This document shows, one piece after another, positions 10,631-20,873 of a stretch of DNA of 64,000 nucleotides. Source of the DNA: Acidobacteriota bacterium (GTDB lineage Bacteria; Acidobacteriota; CAIWXX01); the NCBI GenBank assembly GCA_040755995.1, contig JBFMAF010000010.1:192001-256000 (forward strand), given 5' to 3'. The position numbers and the translations under genes are program-made. The notes under the pieces were generated by a model, which was given only the letters and a program-made list of their open reading frames with translations, searched no databases and was not told the DNA's origin. Each line of letters begins with the position of its first letter. Position 1 is the first letter of the stretch.

Positions 10631-10778
10631 CGAGGGGGCGAAAAGGCGCTGCCGCTCTCGTCTGATCGACATCGCGCCGCCGCAATGGCGTGCCGACGGG
10701 ATCAGCCACAGCTCGGATTGCGCGCGATCCGACCTTTTGATAGATTGTATGAAGAAGATGTGCCGAGGAGAGACAAAC

Positions 10779-11783
10779 ATGAGATTAGTTGACATGGTGC
10801 TGATGATTGCGCTGTCTGTTCCCACCATGGCGTGGGGGCAGACAGGTGATGTTGCCGCCGGGCCCAAGCCCGTGATCTACTGCGCGCAGCCTAAGTTCGA
10901 CTTCGGGAATCTTATCCAGGGCAAGTCCGTCGAACACACGTTCGTGCTTCAGAACAAGGGTGACGCGACTCTGAAGATCATGAGCGTGAACCCGAGCTGC
11001 GGTTGCACGGCGGCCCTTGTTTCGCAGAACGCGGTCGAGCCCGGGCAGACCAGTGAGATCAAGGCCAAGTTCGACTCGGGCCGGTTCCGGGGCCCCGTTC
11101 ACAAGACCATCAGCGTGAGCAGCAACGATCCAGCGTCGCCGCAGATCACTCTGGAGCTCACAGGCACCGTCGTTCGTCTCTACGAGACCGTACCGGATGG
11201 TGGTGTGAGCTTCGGGGATGTGAACAAGAGTTCCAGTTTCGAAACTCAGGTAACCGTGCGCGGCATGGAAGGCCGGAAGCCTGTTGTATCATCGGTGGCG
11301 GTCGAGAACGACTCGTCGTTCGATGCGACCTTCGCGAAGAAGCCGAACAGCGACGAATACCTGGTGACGTTGAGACTCAAGCCGGAGAGCCAGCCGCACC
11401 GGGTCACCGGCAACCTCGTTATCAACCTCAATGACCCCGACAATCCTAAGCTGGTTGTTCCCCTGATCGGCCAGATCGTCGGCGATCTCGTGTTCTTCCC
11501 GCCGCAGATCAACTTCGGCAGACTCAAGCCGCTGGACAACATGAGGGGCAAGGTCCTGGTGACGATCTACAATCCTGCCGTCAAGGTCGAAGCGGTCGAG
11601 ACGGAACCGCCTGTGTTTGTCGCCACCGTGAGCTCCGGCACGAAGCCTCGCACGGAGATCACGATCCAGATCAAAGAGGGGGCGCCCGCGGGAGATGTGA
11701 AGGGCACGGTCAAGATCCACACGACGAGCAAGGAGCAGCCGCTCATCACAATCCCCTTGTCCGGCACGATCGTTGCCCAGTAG
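10779..11783 (+). CDS. DUF1573-domain secreted protein with tandem Ig-like domains
   Basis: GGAG RBS, signal peptide, FDFGNL..HTFVLQNKGD..L.I..V.PSCGCT motif, repeated FG-starting Ig-like units. Confidence 0.82.
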   Translation: MRLVDMVLMIALSVPTMAWGQTGDVAAGPKPVIYCAQPKFDFGNLIQGKSVEHTFVLQNKGDATLKIMSVNPSCGCTAALVSQNAVEPGQTSEIKAKFDSGRFRGPVHKTISVSSNDPASPQITLELTGTVVRLYETVPDGGVSFGDVNKSSSFETQVTVRGMEGRKPVVSSVAVENDSSFDATFAKKPNSDEYLVTLRLKPESQPHRVTGNLVINLNDPDNPKLVVPLIGQIVGDLVFFPPQINFGRLKPLDNMRGKVLVTIYNPAVKVEAVETEPPVFVATVSSGTKPRTEITIQIKEGAPAGDVKGTVKIHTTSKEQPLITIPLSGTIVAQ

Positions 11784-12026
11784 CACGGCTTTCTCGACGC
11801 CGGCCTGCCCGCGAGGATCCGGCCATTCGAGGGAACGGGCGAGGGGGCTGAGAGAGGACCTGCGAGACTGCCGCTCGGGCGGCCGCCCAGCCTCTGTGCC
11901 CGCCTGATTGCCCGGGTGAGACGCAGTAGGCGGGTCTCCGTCTCGCCTGCCCCCATCTCAGCCGGCCCCGCGCACCGTCACGAGAGAGACCCGATTGCTG
12001 CCGCGCGGCGTGTCGCGAGCACGGCG

Positions 12027-12446
12027 CTAAGCGGGCAGCCCGTCCAGAGCGTAGTCGGCCACCTCCGGGCTGTCGCGATCGTCCGCATTCAACGTCGCCG
12101 GCGCGTCGCCCGTGCCCTTGCGGCCCAGCATCAGCATCCCTTGCATGATGACCTCAGTTATGTACGCTGTGCCGCCGTTTCTGTCCTTGTAGTTGCGGGT
12201 CGACAGGCGCCCCTGGACGAAAACCTGCTTCCCCTTGTGCAGGTAGGCCCGCACTGTCTCGGCGATGGGCCCGTAGGCGACGATCCTATGCCATTCGGTC
12301 CTGGTCTCTACGCCGCCGGCCTGGTTTTTCCAGCGCATGTTGGTAGCGAGCGTGAAGTTGGCTGCAACCCGCCCGCTCGGAAGCTGCTTCACGTCCGGCT
12401 CCCTGCCGACGTTTCCGATCAGCATCACCACATTCAAGCCATTCAT
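12027..12446 (-). CDS. ssb: Single-stranded DNA-binding protein (short form)
   Basis: LNVVMLIGNVGREP, FTLATN, TEWHRIV, YLHKGKQVFVQGRL; GGAGG RBS; tail ends DGLPA. Confidence 0.93.
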   Translation of the reverse strand: MNGLNVVMLIGNVGREPDVKQLPSGRVAANFTLATNMRWKNQAGGVETRTEWHRIVAYGPIAETVRAYLHKGKQVFVQGRLSTRNYKDRNGGTAYITEVIMQGMLMLGRKGTGDAPATLNADDRDSPEVADYALDGLPA

Positions 12447-12458
12447 CTCATGCCTCCT

Positions 12459-13490
12459 TTACTCGCCGCACGCCTTCGGCCGGGGCTCGCTGTTGCTCTC
12501 CCTCATGGCGGCGGCAATCTGTTGAACGACCGTTGGGTTGGCACGCAGAAACTTCCTCGCGTTCTCCCTCCCGTTTCCCAGCCGTGTTCCGTTCCAGGCG
12601 TACCAGAACCCGCTTTTCTCGATGACCCCGGACTCGACACCCCGATCCAGTAGATCGCTCTCGATCGAGAACCCCTCCCCAAAGAGCAGCTCGACTTCAG
12701 CCTCTCGGAACGGCGGCGCGAGCTTGTTCTTGACCACCTTGATGCGAGTTCGATTCCCGACCATCGACTCCCCGTCCTTGATCGCCTGGCCGCGCCTCAC
12801 CTCGATGCGCAACGAGGCGTAGAACTTCAGCGCGCGACCACCTGTGGTGGTCTCGGGATTGCCGAACATCTGGCCGATCTTCTCGCGCAGCTGATTTATG
12901 AAGATCAGGCACGTGTTGCTCCTCGCCACGACGGCCGTGAGCTTCCGCATCGCCTGACTCATGAGCCTCGCCTGCAGCCCTACTTGCGCGTCGCCCATCT
13001 CGCCTTCGAGCTCCGCCCGTGGCGCAAGCGCCGCAACCGAGTCCACCACACAGACGTCGACCCCCTGGCTTCGCACCAGGATGTCCACGATCTCGAGCGC
13101 CTGTTCACCACAGTCAGGCTGCGAGAGCAGCAGGTTTTCGCAATCGACGCCGAGGCGTCTGGCATAGTCCGGCGCCAACGCATGCTCGGCGTCCACAAAG
13201 ACGCAGACGCCCTTGCCGGCCTGTGATTGTGCGACAACGTGAAGGGCCAGGGTCGTCTTGCCGGATGATTCCTGACCGAACACCTCGACGATTCGCCCGC
13301 GCGGAAACCCGCCGACGCCGATGGCCTCGTCAATCGACAAGACTCCTGTGGGAATGACGTCAACGGGATCGAAAGCGGACTGCTGCCCAAGCCGCATGAT
13401 CGAGCCCTTGCCGAACTGCTTCTCTATCTGCGCCATCGCCGCTTCGAACGATCTCGTTCTGAGCTCCATTTCCTTTTCTGAAATCACCAT
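12459..13490 (-). CDS. recA: Recombinase RecA
   Basis: [21 protein letters not shown] Walker [40 protein letters not shown]. Confidence 0.98.
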   Translation of the reverse strand: MVISEKEMELRTRSFEAAMAQIEKQFGKGSIMRLGQQSAFDPVDVIPTGVLSIDEAIGVGGFPRGRIVEVFGQESSGKTTLALHVVAQSQAGKGVCVFVDAEHALAPDYARRLGVDCENLLLSQPDCGEQALEIVDILVRSQGVDVCVVDSVAALAPRAELEGEMGDAQVGLQARLMSQAMRKLTAVVARSNTCLIFINQLREKIGQMFGNPETTTGGRALKFYASLRIEVRRGQAIKDGESMVGNRTRIKVVKNKLAPPFREAEVELLFGEGFSIESDLLDRGVESGVIEKSGFWYAWNGTRLGNGRENARKFLRANPTVVQQIAAAMRESNSEPRPKACGE

Positions 13491-13568
13491 CTGTTTGTCT
13501 CTCCGTTGCTGAGCGGCCGTTCAGCCTGCTCTCATTCGAGTCGGGTCTCACGGCGCGCCCGAAGCCTG

Positions 13569-13595
13569 GAGGCCCGCCCGCTACGGGCGGGCCTC
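13569..13595. terminator. 12-bp GC-rich hairpin between comEA and recA (weak terminator or stability hairpin)
   Basis: GAGGCCCGCCCG-CTA-CGGGCGGGCCTC perfect inverted repeat; no poly-U tail. Confidence 0.5.
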
Positions 13596-13622
13596 GAGAA
13601 CCCTCTACTTCCCGTTCCGGCC

Positions 13623-13952
13623 CTATTTCGCCGGCGCCGGTGCCGCCGCAGGAGAAACGCAAATCTGACTCTTTATCTCAAGGTAGATCTTCTCCCCGAT
13701 GCCCGAGACCTTCATGAGCTCTTCTGTGGTCTTGAATGCGCCGTTCTTGTTGCGGTAGTCCACGATCTTCTGGGCGATCTTCTCCCCGATGCGCGGAAGC
13801 GTGGCCAGTTCAGGAACGCCCGCCGAGTTGATGTTGACCTTGCCATCGGGCGCTTTCGCGGCGTCGGCCGTGAGGGCCACAGGTGCCAGGAATGCGATCA
13901 CGAACGCGATGAGCCCTGCCAGAGCCGTGATGCGGAGAACTGTTCCAAACAT
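13623..13952 (-). CDS. comEA: ComEA-family helix-hairpin-helix DNA-binding protein with signal peptide
   Basis: Signal peptide; KVNINSA..ELATLPRIGEKIAQKIVDYR..NGAF..EELMKVSGIG double HhH. Confidence 0.9.
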   Translation of the reverse strand: MFGTVLRITALAGLIAFVIAFLAPVALTADAAKAPDGKVNINSAGVPELATLPRIGEKIAQKIVDYRNKNGAFKTTEELMKVSGIGEKIYLEIKSQICVSPAAAPAPAK

Positions 13953-14061
13953 GATTCTGTCCTTTCTTTGAAAAATGGTTCAACGTACCTCGTGCCCTAA
14001 CCTCTTGCCTCCAGCTCTATCTCCTGCTCTTTCCATCACCTCCTTTCATCCGAATACCTTC

Positions 14062-14077
14062 GCGGGAACCATGCCAG
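14062..14077 (-). promoter_or_regulatory. Candidate sigma54 -24/-12 promoter for comEA
   Basis: Minus strand CTGGCATGGTTCCCGC has GG-N10-GC spacing and a near-consensus TGGCAYG; the TT before GC is replaced by CC. Confidence 0.55.
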
Positions 14078-14090
14078 GGCGGCAGGGTGC

Positions 14091-14103
14091 CAAGCGACTG
14101 ATT
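14091..14103 (-). promoter_or_regulatory. Candidate IHF site
   Basis: Minus strand AATCAGTCGCTTG has 1 mismatch to WATCAANNNNTTR and lies between the candidate promoter and the upstream palindromes. Confidence 0.4.
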
Positions 14104-14140
14104 CCACGGGGCCACTCCCCTCGGACCCTTTCGGCGGCGC

Positions 14141-14243
14141 GTCAACACCAGTTGTCATCGCCCCACGGAGTCAGCGAACCTGCTTCCTTTTCAATGGGTT
14201 GAGCGGGCGTCAACGACCGTTGACACGGTCAACATCAGTTGAC
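14141..14243. promoter_or_regulatory. Three GTCAAC-N4-GTTGAC palindromes (transcription factor sites / enhancer UAS)
   Basis: GTCAACACCAGTTGTC at 14141-14156, GTCAACGACCGTTGAC at 14209-14224, GTCAACATCAGTTGAC at 14228-14243. Confidence 0.7.
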
Positions 14244-14284
14244 TTTCCCCGGTGCAGGCAATATCTTGATAGGCGAATACTGCT

Positions 14285-15997
14285 ATGAGATATGTGGGAG
14301 TGCGGCCTGAGAGCCGGAGAAGCTCGGTCTCTCCAGTCTGCAATCAATGGGATGCGGGCAAGTGGAACCCTCAACGGTACCGCATCGGGGCGTTCTTGGC
14401 GAGGCATGCAGCCGCGGGGCTCGCGGTCCTGGTCCTGGGCGCACCTGCCTGGTCCGGAGTGCTTTCGCCTCCCGTGCTGGTCGTGCCGCCGGAGAACCTT
14501 ACAGGACGGGCGGAATACGACTGGATCGGACAGAGCGTTGCCCGATACCTGTCTCACAGCCTGCTCCCTCTTCTGCACGTGGCTGCGATATCCTCCGACG
14601 CCCGTGCGTCGGGCTACGATTCGATCGACATTCCCGAGACAAGCGCAATCACTCGCGCGACGCTGATACGGCTCGCCACGGCACTGAGGGCTCCGTCGGC
14701 TCTATTCGGCCACTATGATCTGGTTGAGGACGGCAGCCTCGAGGTGACGGTGTACCCGTTCGATGTCGAACGGATGTCGTTGGGACGGGGAATCGCCGTC
14801 AAGGGGAAGCTGGAGGAGCTGATCTCGATCGAGAATACGATCGGATTCAGCCTGGTGAGCGACTACTTCGTCGACCCGGATCACCTCAAGGCACAGATTC
14901 TGGGGCGCGATGCGCAGACGCCAATCGAGGCCTATGAGTACTTCGTCAAGAGCTTCGGCCAATCGGATCCCGAGAAGAGGCAGCGCTACTTGCTCAAGGC
15001 CGTCTCGCTCTACCCTCACTACGACGAAGCGATCCTCGAGGAGGCGCGCATCTTGTATCTGCGCCGTGACTACGTGGGTGTCGTAAGGCTGCTTGGCAAC
15101 TCGAGCGCGGCGTTCGCCGACCGTTTTGCGTACGTGAAAGGAATGGCCTACTACTCGCAGTCCTCTTATGCCGATGCCGCGGCTGCCTTCAAGACGCTGG
15201 TCGGGAAATCTGGACTCGGGGATGCGGCGTTAAACAACTACGCCGCCTCGTGTTCGGAGCTGGGCAGGCAGGATGAGGCGTCCTTCTACCTCCGTGGCGC
15301 GATCCAACAGGCTTCCAGCCAGGCGATACTCCGCTACAACCTCGGCATTGTCTACAAGAGAGCCGGGCGCACCGATGAGGCGATGGCTGCTCTAAAGGAG
15401 GCGGCGCGGATCGATCCCGGCGATTGGGATGCGCAGGTGCTGCTTGCCGACCTGCTCGCCCAGCAGGGACTGAAGGAGGAGGCGGAGGCCGTGCGCGCGC
15501 TTGCCGACAAGCGTTCGCATGCCGATCCTCCCCCGGAGATGCCATCCGAGCCGAAGGCTCTTTTCAGGTGCCGGCTGCTGCCGTTGCCCGATGAGCCCGA
15601 TTCACGGCCGGTAAGCCTGCCCTCGTCTGCTCCCCGCGAAGACGTGGTCAGCTTTCATCTGGCCCGCGGGAGCGAGTACTGTAAGCGGGAGATGTGGGTG
15701 GAGGCATCCGAGGAGCTCAGGAAGGTGCTGTATCTGAACCCATACCTCGGGCAGGCACGCTACCTCCTCGCCACGGCCTACATGGGCCTGGGTGACCTGG
15801 AGCATGCGCTCGTGGAAGCGAAGATGAGCCTTTGGAGCAACGAGAGTGCTGACGCGCACGCGCTGGCTGCGCATATCCTGAAGCGGATGGGGCGCGCTGG
15901 CGAGGCGAGGGCCGAAGCCGAAAAGGCGCTGCAGCTGGATCCCGCGCAGTCAGAGGCGCTGGAGCTGCTGGATGTGCCACAGGGAGGCGGAAAGTGA
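14285..15997 (+). CDS. Exported tetratricopeptide repeat protein
   Basis: Signal-like segment then VLVVPPENLTG..WIG domain; many TPRs (YNLGIVYKRAGRTDEAMAALKEAARIDP). True start probably nearer 14396. Confidence 0.82.
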   Translation: MRYVGVRPESRRSSVSPVCNQWDAGKWNPQRYRIGAFLARHAAAGLAVLVLGAPAWSGVLSPPVLVVPPENLTGRAEYDWIGQSVARYLSHSLLPLLHVAAISSDARASGYDSIDIPETSAITRATLIRLATALRAPSALFGHYDLVEDGSLEVTVYPFDVERMSLGRGIAVKGKLEELISIENTIGFSLVSDYFVDPDHLKAQILGRDAQTPIEAYEYFVKSFGQSDPEKRQRYLLKAVSLYPHYDEAILEEARILYLRRDYVGVVRLLGNSSAAFADRFAYVKGMAYYSQSSYADAAAAFKTLVGKSGLGDAALNNYAASCSELGRQDEASFYLRGAIQQASSQAILRYNLGIVYKRAGRTDEAMAALKEAARIDPGDWDAQVLLADLLAQQGLKEEAEAVRALADKRSHADPPPEMPSEPKALFRCRLLPLPDEPDSRPVSLPSSAPREDVVSFHLARGSEYCKREMWVEASEELRKVLYLNPYLGQARYLLATAYMGLGDLEHALVEAKMSLWSNESADAHALAAHILKRMGRAGEARAEAEKALQLDPAQSEALELLDVPQGGGK

Positions 15998-16034
15998 ATG
16001 CCCGAAATCCACACCTTGCGGTTCGGATTTCGGC

Positions 16035-16069
16035 AATGCGAAATGCAAACTGCAAAGTGCAGAATGCAA
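16035..16069. repeat. Degenerate heptamer tandem repeat (AATGCAA-like)x5
   Basis: aatgcga aatgcaa actgcaa agtgcag aatgcaa, intergenic. Confidence 0.7.
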
Positions 16070-16166
16070 GTTTCAGATTGCGAGTGCCTCGTGAGTGCGC
16101 TGGTTGGGCAGGGAGCCCGTTGCGACCTCTGAGCCAAGAGGCGGCGTGGCACGAGAAGAGGAGAAC

Positions 16167-17495
16167 ATGGCAAATCGATTCCCAAGAGGCCCGATGCGGG
16201 CCTTGACCCTGACCCTGGCCGGCACAATCGCATCGCTGTTTGCGGCAACTCTCCCTTTGTCGGCGGACATCATGGTCGCCGATGTGGCCGAGATCATCCA
16301 GCCGGTGACGGCCAGGTATATTGTCAACGCGATCGATCGGGCCGAGCAGCGCAATGCGCCGCTGCTGATCATCCGTTTGGACACCCCTGGCGGGCTCATG
16401 GATTCCATGCGTGCAATCGTGCAGCGGATGCTCGACTCCAAGGTCCCGATCGTTGTGTTTGTGAATCCGAGCGGTGCTCGAGCCGCCTCGGCCGGCTTCC
16501 TCATCACCATCTCCGCCGATGTTGCGGCCATGTCTCCCGGCACCAACATGGGAGCTGCGCACCCGGTGGGCGGCATGGGAGAGAAGCTGGACGAGATCAT
16601 GTCCAAGAAGGTCGAGGAGGACACGACTGCGTGGATCAAGTCGATCGTGGAGAAACGAGGCCGCAACGTCCAGCTCGCGGACAAGGCGGTGCGGGAGAGC
16701 AAGTCGTACACGGAGCGCGAGGCGGTCGAAGGCAAGCTTGCGGAGTACATCTGCAAAGATGTGGACGATCTGGTCACTCAGCTCAACGGCAAGACCGTGC
16801 GCCTGTTCGGCGGTCGTGAGGTGACGTTGCGTCTGTCGGGCCAGGCCGTGCACTGGATTCCGATGAGCGCGAAGGAGAAAGTGCTCAACTTCCTCGCTCA
16901 CCCGAACGTCGCCTACCTGCTTTTCATGGCCGCCCTGATCGGCCTATACTTCGAGTTCGCCAACCCCGGCGTAATCTTCCCGGGGGTGGCAGGAGGGATC
17001 TGCCTCGTGCTTGCCCTATTCGCGTTCGACATCCTGCCGATCTCGATCGCCGGGCTCGTGCTGATCCTGCTGGCCTTCGCGCTGTTCGTCGCGGAGGTGA
17101 AGATACAGAGCTTCGGCTTGTTGGGGATTGCCGGGGTCATCTCGCTGATCCTGGGCTCGATGATGCTGATCGACATGCCGGAGGCCTCGCTGCGAGTGCC
17201 GATCGGGCTGATCATCTGGGTCTCGCTGGGGATATCGGCCATCGTGATCTTCCTGCTGCGACTCGCGGTGAAGGCGATGAGGAGCAGGACCGTGACCGGG
17301 GAGGAGGGGCTGGTGGGTGAGATTGGAGAGGCGGCGATGGACCTGCACCCGGACGGCGCGAGCCCCGAGGGAAAGGTCCGCGTGCATGGAGAGTATTGGA
17401 ACGCCGTGACCGTGGAGGGTGACATCCCCCGCGGCACGCGTGTTGAGGTCGTCAATGTCCATGGCTTGCGCGTGAAGGTGAAGCGCAAGAACTGA
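16167..17495 (+). CDS. nfeD: NfeD-family membrane-bound ClpP-class serine protease (long form)
   Basis: [28 protein letters not shown] block, C-terminal OB fold [12 protein letters not shown]. Confidence 0.93.
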   Translation: MANRFPRGPMRALTLTLAGTIASLFAATLPLSADIMVADVAEIIQPVTARYIVNAIDRAEQRNAPLLIIRLDTPGGLMDSMRAIVQRMLDSKVPIVVFVNPSGARAASAGFLITISADVAAMSPGTNMGAAHPVGGMGEKLDEIMSKKVEEDTTAWIKSIVEKRGRNVQLADKAVRESKSYTEREAVEGKLAEYICKDVDDLVTQLNGKTVRLFGGREVTLRLSGQAVHWIPMSAKEKVLNFLAHPNVAYLLFMAALIGLYFEFANPGVIFPGVAGGICLVLALFAFDILPISIAGLVLILLAFALFVAEVKIQSFGLLGIAGVISLILGSMMLIDMPEASLRVPIGLIIWVSLGISAIVIFLLRLAVKAMRSRTVTGEEGLVGEIGEAAMDLHPDGASPEGKVRVHGEYWNAVTVEGDIPRGTRVEVVNVHGLRVKVKRKN

Positions 17496-17512
17496 AGGAA
17501 AGGAGATCTACT

Positions 17513-18256
17513 ATGCCCGGTGGAGCAACGATTCTCGTTGGTATTGTCATCCTGTACCTGCTGAGTTCCATCAAAATCCTCTCGGAATACGAGAGGGGTG
17601 TCATTTTCAGGCTGGGGCGTCTGCTGCCGAAGGACAAGGGGCCCGGCCTGATCTTCGTGTTCGCTCCGATCGACCGCATTGTGCGGGTGAGCCTTCGGAC
17701 GATCGTAATGGACGTACCGCCTCAAGATATCATCACTCGGGACAACGTGTCGGTGAAGGTGAACGCCGTGGTCTATTTCCGCGTGATGATGCCCTTCAAG
17801 GCCATCGTGGAGGTCGAGAATTACATGTACGCGACCTCTCAGCTCGCCCAGACCACCTTGCGGAGCGTGCTGGGCCAGGCGGAGCTCGACGAGCTGCTGG
17901 CCGAACGCGAGAGGCTCAACGTCCGGTTGCAATCGATCCTCGACCAGCACACCGACCCCTGGGGCATCAAGGTGTCCTCGGTGGAGGTCAAACACGTGGA
18001 TCTCCCGACCGAAATGCAGCGCGCGATGGCGAAGCAGGCCGAGGCGGAGCGCGAGAAGCGCGCCAAGATCATCCACGCCGAGGGCGAGTTCACGGCGTCG
18101 CAGAAGTTGATGGAGGCCGCGGATGTGATCTCCAAGAACCCGACCACCATCCAGCTCCGGTACCTCCAAACCCTGACCGAGATCGCCACCGAGAAGAACT
18201 CGACCATCGTCTTCCCGCTGCCGATTGACATGCTGAAAGGGATCTTCCTCAAGTAG
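17513..18256 (+). CDS. Stomatin/slipin SPFH-domain protein
   Basis: [45 protein letters not shown]; adjacent to nfeD, a known pairing. Confidence 0.95.
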   Translation: MPGGATILVGIVILYLLSSIKILSEYERGVIFRLGRLLPKDKGPGLIFVFAPIDRIVRVSLRTIVMDVPPQDIITRDNVSVKVNAVVYFRVMMPFKAIVEVENYMYATSQLAQTTLRSVLGQAELDELLAERERLNVRLQSILDQHTDPWGIKVSSVEVKHVDLPTEMQRAMAKQAEAEREKRAKIIHAEGEFTASQKLMEAADVISKNPTTIQLRYLQTLTEIATEKNSTIVFPLPIDMLKGIFLK

Positions 18257-18391
18257 GGGGAGCGAGGCGCGGGTCGGACAACGGTTCGACGACAGGTGTG
18301 GACGACCGCAGAGCCGCCGTTTTGTGGTAGGATGGGTCAGCCGACAGGGAGCTTCATCTGACGCAGGCGTATCTGAAGTGCGAGGCAGGAC

Positions 18392-18967
18392 ATGACTGAC
18401 TGGAGTGAGACCGGGTATCACGAAATCCGGTTGGAACAGCGCCAGCTGGCGGTGGTGTTCTTCATCGCCGCGGGGATCGGGATCGTGCTATTCCTTCTCG
18501 GGGTAATGGTGGGGAGGAAGAGCGCCGGAGCCAGCTCGCCGGTGCCCGCGACGGTGGAGAAGGTGGAGGCGGCGCAGCCCAAGCCGATGGAGAAGGAGCC
18601 CGCGGCGAGCTTCTTCGAGAAGACGGGAAAGCCCGAGGTTCCTGAGACCGGCAAGCGGCCGGCGGAGGATGTGGCTTCCGCAGCGCCTTCTGCACCTCCC
18701 ACAGCCGATGTGAAGCCCCAGCCGGCGAAGAGTACGGGACACACCTATTCCCTGCAGGCCGGCGCGTTCAGCACCGAGGCGAACGCGAAGAAGGCGGCGC
18801 AGGAGATGGAAAAGGCCGGCTACCCGATCCGCATATTGGCGCCGGGCGACAAGGACAAGAAGAAGCTCTACCGCGTCTTCGTAGGCGAGTTCGCGACCCG
18901 CGACGAGGTGATGGCAGCCAAGAAGCGGATGGAAGAGATGGGATTCAAGAATCTAGTGCCGAAGTAG
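18392..18967 (+). CDS. SPOR-domain membrane protein (DedD/FtsN-like)
   Basis: Single TM helix, Pro/Ala linker, YSLQAGAFS..NA and YRVFVGEF SPOR motifs. Confidence 0.88.
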   Translation: MTDWSETGYHEIRLEQRQLAVVFFIAAGIGIVLFLLGVMVGRKSAGASSPVPATVEKVEAAQPKPMEKEPAASFFEKTGKPEVPETGKRPAEDVASAAPSAPPTADVKPQPAKSTGHTYSLQAGAFSTEANAKKAAQEMEKAGYPIRILAPGDKDKKKLYRVFVGEFATRDEVMAAKKRMEEMGFKNLVPK

Positions 18968-19126
18968 GAGCCTCGCGGAACCGATGTACCGAAGTGCTAC
19001 CGGCTTGGGTCGAATCGAATCACCGCCGGCAAGGGCCGGCCGCCGCATCCGCCGCGTCGCGGAGAGCATCGAAGCAGCCGCGGCCCACGGGCGACTCGCC
19101 CCGCTGCGCCGTCGTGGAAGGATCAC

Positions 19127-20866
19127 GTGATGGCAGGAATCGGAGCCGAGCGTGCTGCGCCTCTCCCCGACGCAACCCTGCTGAAGTTCCTCGTCGAGCA
19201 GGGCCTCGTCCGCCGTGAAGATGCCGAGCGGGTTCGTGGCGAGGAGGAGACGCATGGGGGCGGGATCTTCTTCAACCTGCTCAAGCTCAAGCTCGTCACA
19301 GCTCCGAAGTTGTTCAACTTTGTCGAGGAGAAGCTGGGGCTGCTTTACACCCTGGCCGAGGACAAGGCGCTGGATTCGACCCTTCTCGAGCTGATTCCCG
19401 CCAATATCGCGCAGTTCTACAAGATCGTTCCGCTGCGGCTGGACGACAACACCCTGACGATCGCGGCGGCGGCTGTGAGCTCCTTCCAGTTGATTCCGGC
19501 GCTGGAGGAGATCACCGGGTACAAGATCCGTATCATGGTCGCGCATCCCGTGACGTTGAGCCGGGCGCTTGATCGCTACTACAGCCCGAAGGCGGATCCC
19601 GGCGTTTTCGAGTCGGGCTCCGGTGAACGCGTCTTCGTGATCAAGGACGAAGAGAAGCAGGTGCGGCCGGTGAATCCCCAGCTGCTCACCGACGGCTCCG
19701 CCCCGGCTGACTGGCTGAGGACGATCCTGGCCGAGGCGGTCATCAAGAAGAGCCGCCACCTGTACTTCCGCCATGCCGAGCAGAGCGTGAACGTTGTCTT
19801 CGTGAGGGAGGGGGAGCCGGAGGTAGAGTTTCGCCTGGCGCCTGCCCTGTATCAGTCCATCGCCACGTTCATTGATCATCTGACAAGCGTCGGAGCGTTC
19901 GACGTAGAGGCGCCGTACGAGCGCCGGATGAGGGCCAAGGTCAACGAGCGCATCATGAACGTGCAAGTCTGCTCGGCGCCGATCGCAGACGGCCGCACGA
20001 TCTCGATCGAGCTCTACGATCAGAAGAGTTTCGAGCACCTGTTCGAGGGCCTCTTCAACACGCGGATCGGCGAGGACGTGTTCATTCGCAAGGTCATCGA
20101 GCACAGAAAAGGGCTGCTGCTGACAGCTGCGTCGCCCACGGCGTCGAGAAAGCTCGTCCTTTACAGCCTCATGGGCGATGCGCTCAAGAAACCTCCCAGC
20201 GTCTTCACGCTCGAGGAGTCGATCTACTACGCCCTGCCGGGTGTCCATCAGATATCGTTCGCGGGGGCCGAGCCGAAGGTTTTCTCGCGACAGCTCGAAA
20301 CGGCTCTCCGGCAGCGCCCCGACCTTCTGATCATCGATGCGATACACGACGCGGCCGCAATGGAGCTGGCGCTTCTGAGCAGCAGCCGGTGTGCCGTGGT
20401 GGCCGCTCTCACCTCTCCGGACGTGTACTCCACGCTGCGATGGCTCGATCTGAACGGGTTCCGATCCGCTCTGAAAGCGCGACTCATCCCGGCATTCCTG
20501 CAGGTGGCGGCTCTGGGCAGGGTCTGCAGGCATTGCCGCGCCGACTACACGCTGAGCGAGGAAGAGGTCGCCCGTTGCGCGCTGGGCGAGTACCGGCGAT
20601 TCGTGTTCTACCACAATGCCGGGTGTCCGGCCTGCAGGGAAGGCGGGCTGCAGCAGGAGGAGCTGATCTGCGAGCTGGTGCCGGTCGACGAGCACACGCT
20701 GGAGCTCGCGGAGAAGGTGGGCAAGGACACGACCGGGCGCGCCACGCCGAGGACAGTGTACACACACCCGCCTTTCCCCACACTCTTGCAGAAGGGAGTG
20801 TCGCTGGCGGCAGCCGGCAAGGTGGATATCAAGGACGTGCTCGACAAGTGCGCCTTTCTTGTCTGA
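19127..20866 (+). CDS. GspE/PilB-family protein with degenerate ATPase motifs
   Basis: N-terminal GspE-like domain (IPANIAQFYKIVPL), TLEESIYY, ALRQRPDLLII, CRHC..CPAC tetracysteine; Walker A reads AASPTASRK. Confidence 0.8.
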   Translation: MMAGIGAERAAPLPDATLLKFLVEQGLVRREDAERVRGEEETHGGGIFFNLLKLKLVTAPKLFNFVEEKLGLLYTLAEDKALDSTLLELIPANIAQFYKIVPLRLDDNTLTIAAAAVSSFQLIPALEEITGYKIRIMVAHPVTLSRALDRYYSPKADPGVFESGSGERVFVIKDEEKQVRPVNPQLLTDGSAPADWLRTILAEAVIKKSRHLYFRHAEQSVNVVFVREGEPEVEFRLAPALYQSIATFIDHLTSVGAFDVEAPYERRMRAKVNERIMNVQVCSAPIADGRTISIELYDQKSFEHLFEGLFNTRIGEDVFIRKVIEHRKGLLLTAASPTASRKLVLYSLMGDALKKPPSVFTLEESIYYALPGVHQISFAGAEPKVFSRQLETALRQRPDLLIIDAIHDAAAMELALLSSSRCAVVAALTSPDVYSTLRWLDLNGFRSALKARLIPAFLQVAALGRVCRHCRADYTLSEEEVARCALGEYRRFVFYHNAGCPACREGGLQQEELICELVPVDEHTLELAEKVGKDTTGRATPRTVYTHPPFPTLLQKGVSLAAAGKVDIKDVLDKCAFLV

Positions 20867-20873
20867 ACGATAG

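Noticed and set aside
13491..13622. LexA box directly upstream of recA
   Set aside because: No convincing GTTC-N7-GTTC, GAAC-N4-GTTC or CTGT-N8-ACAG match was seen.
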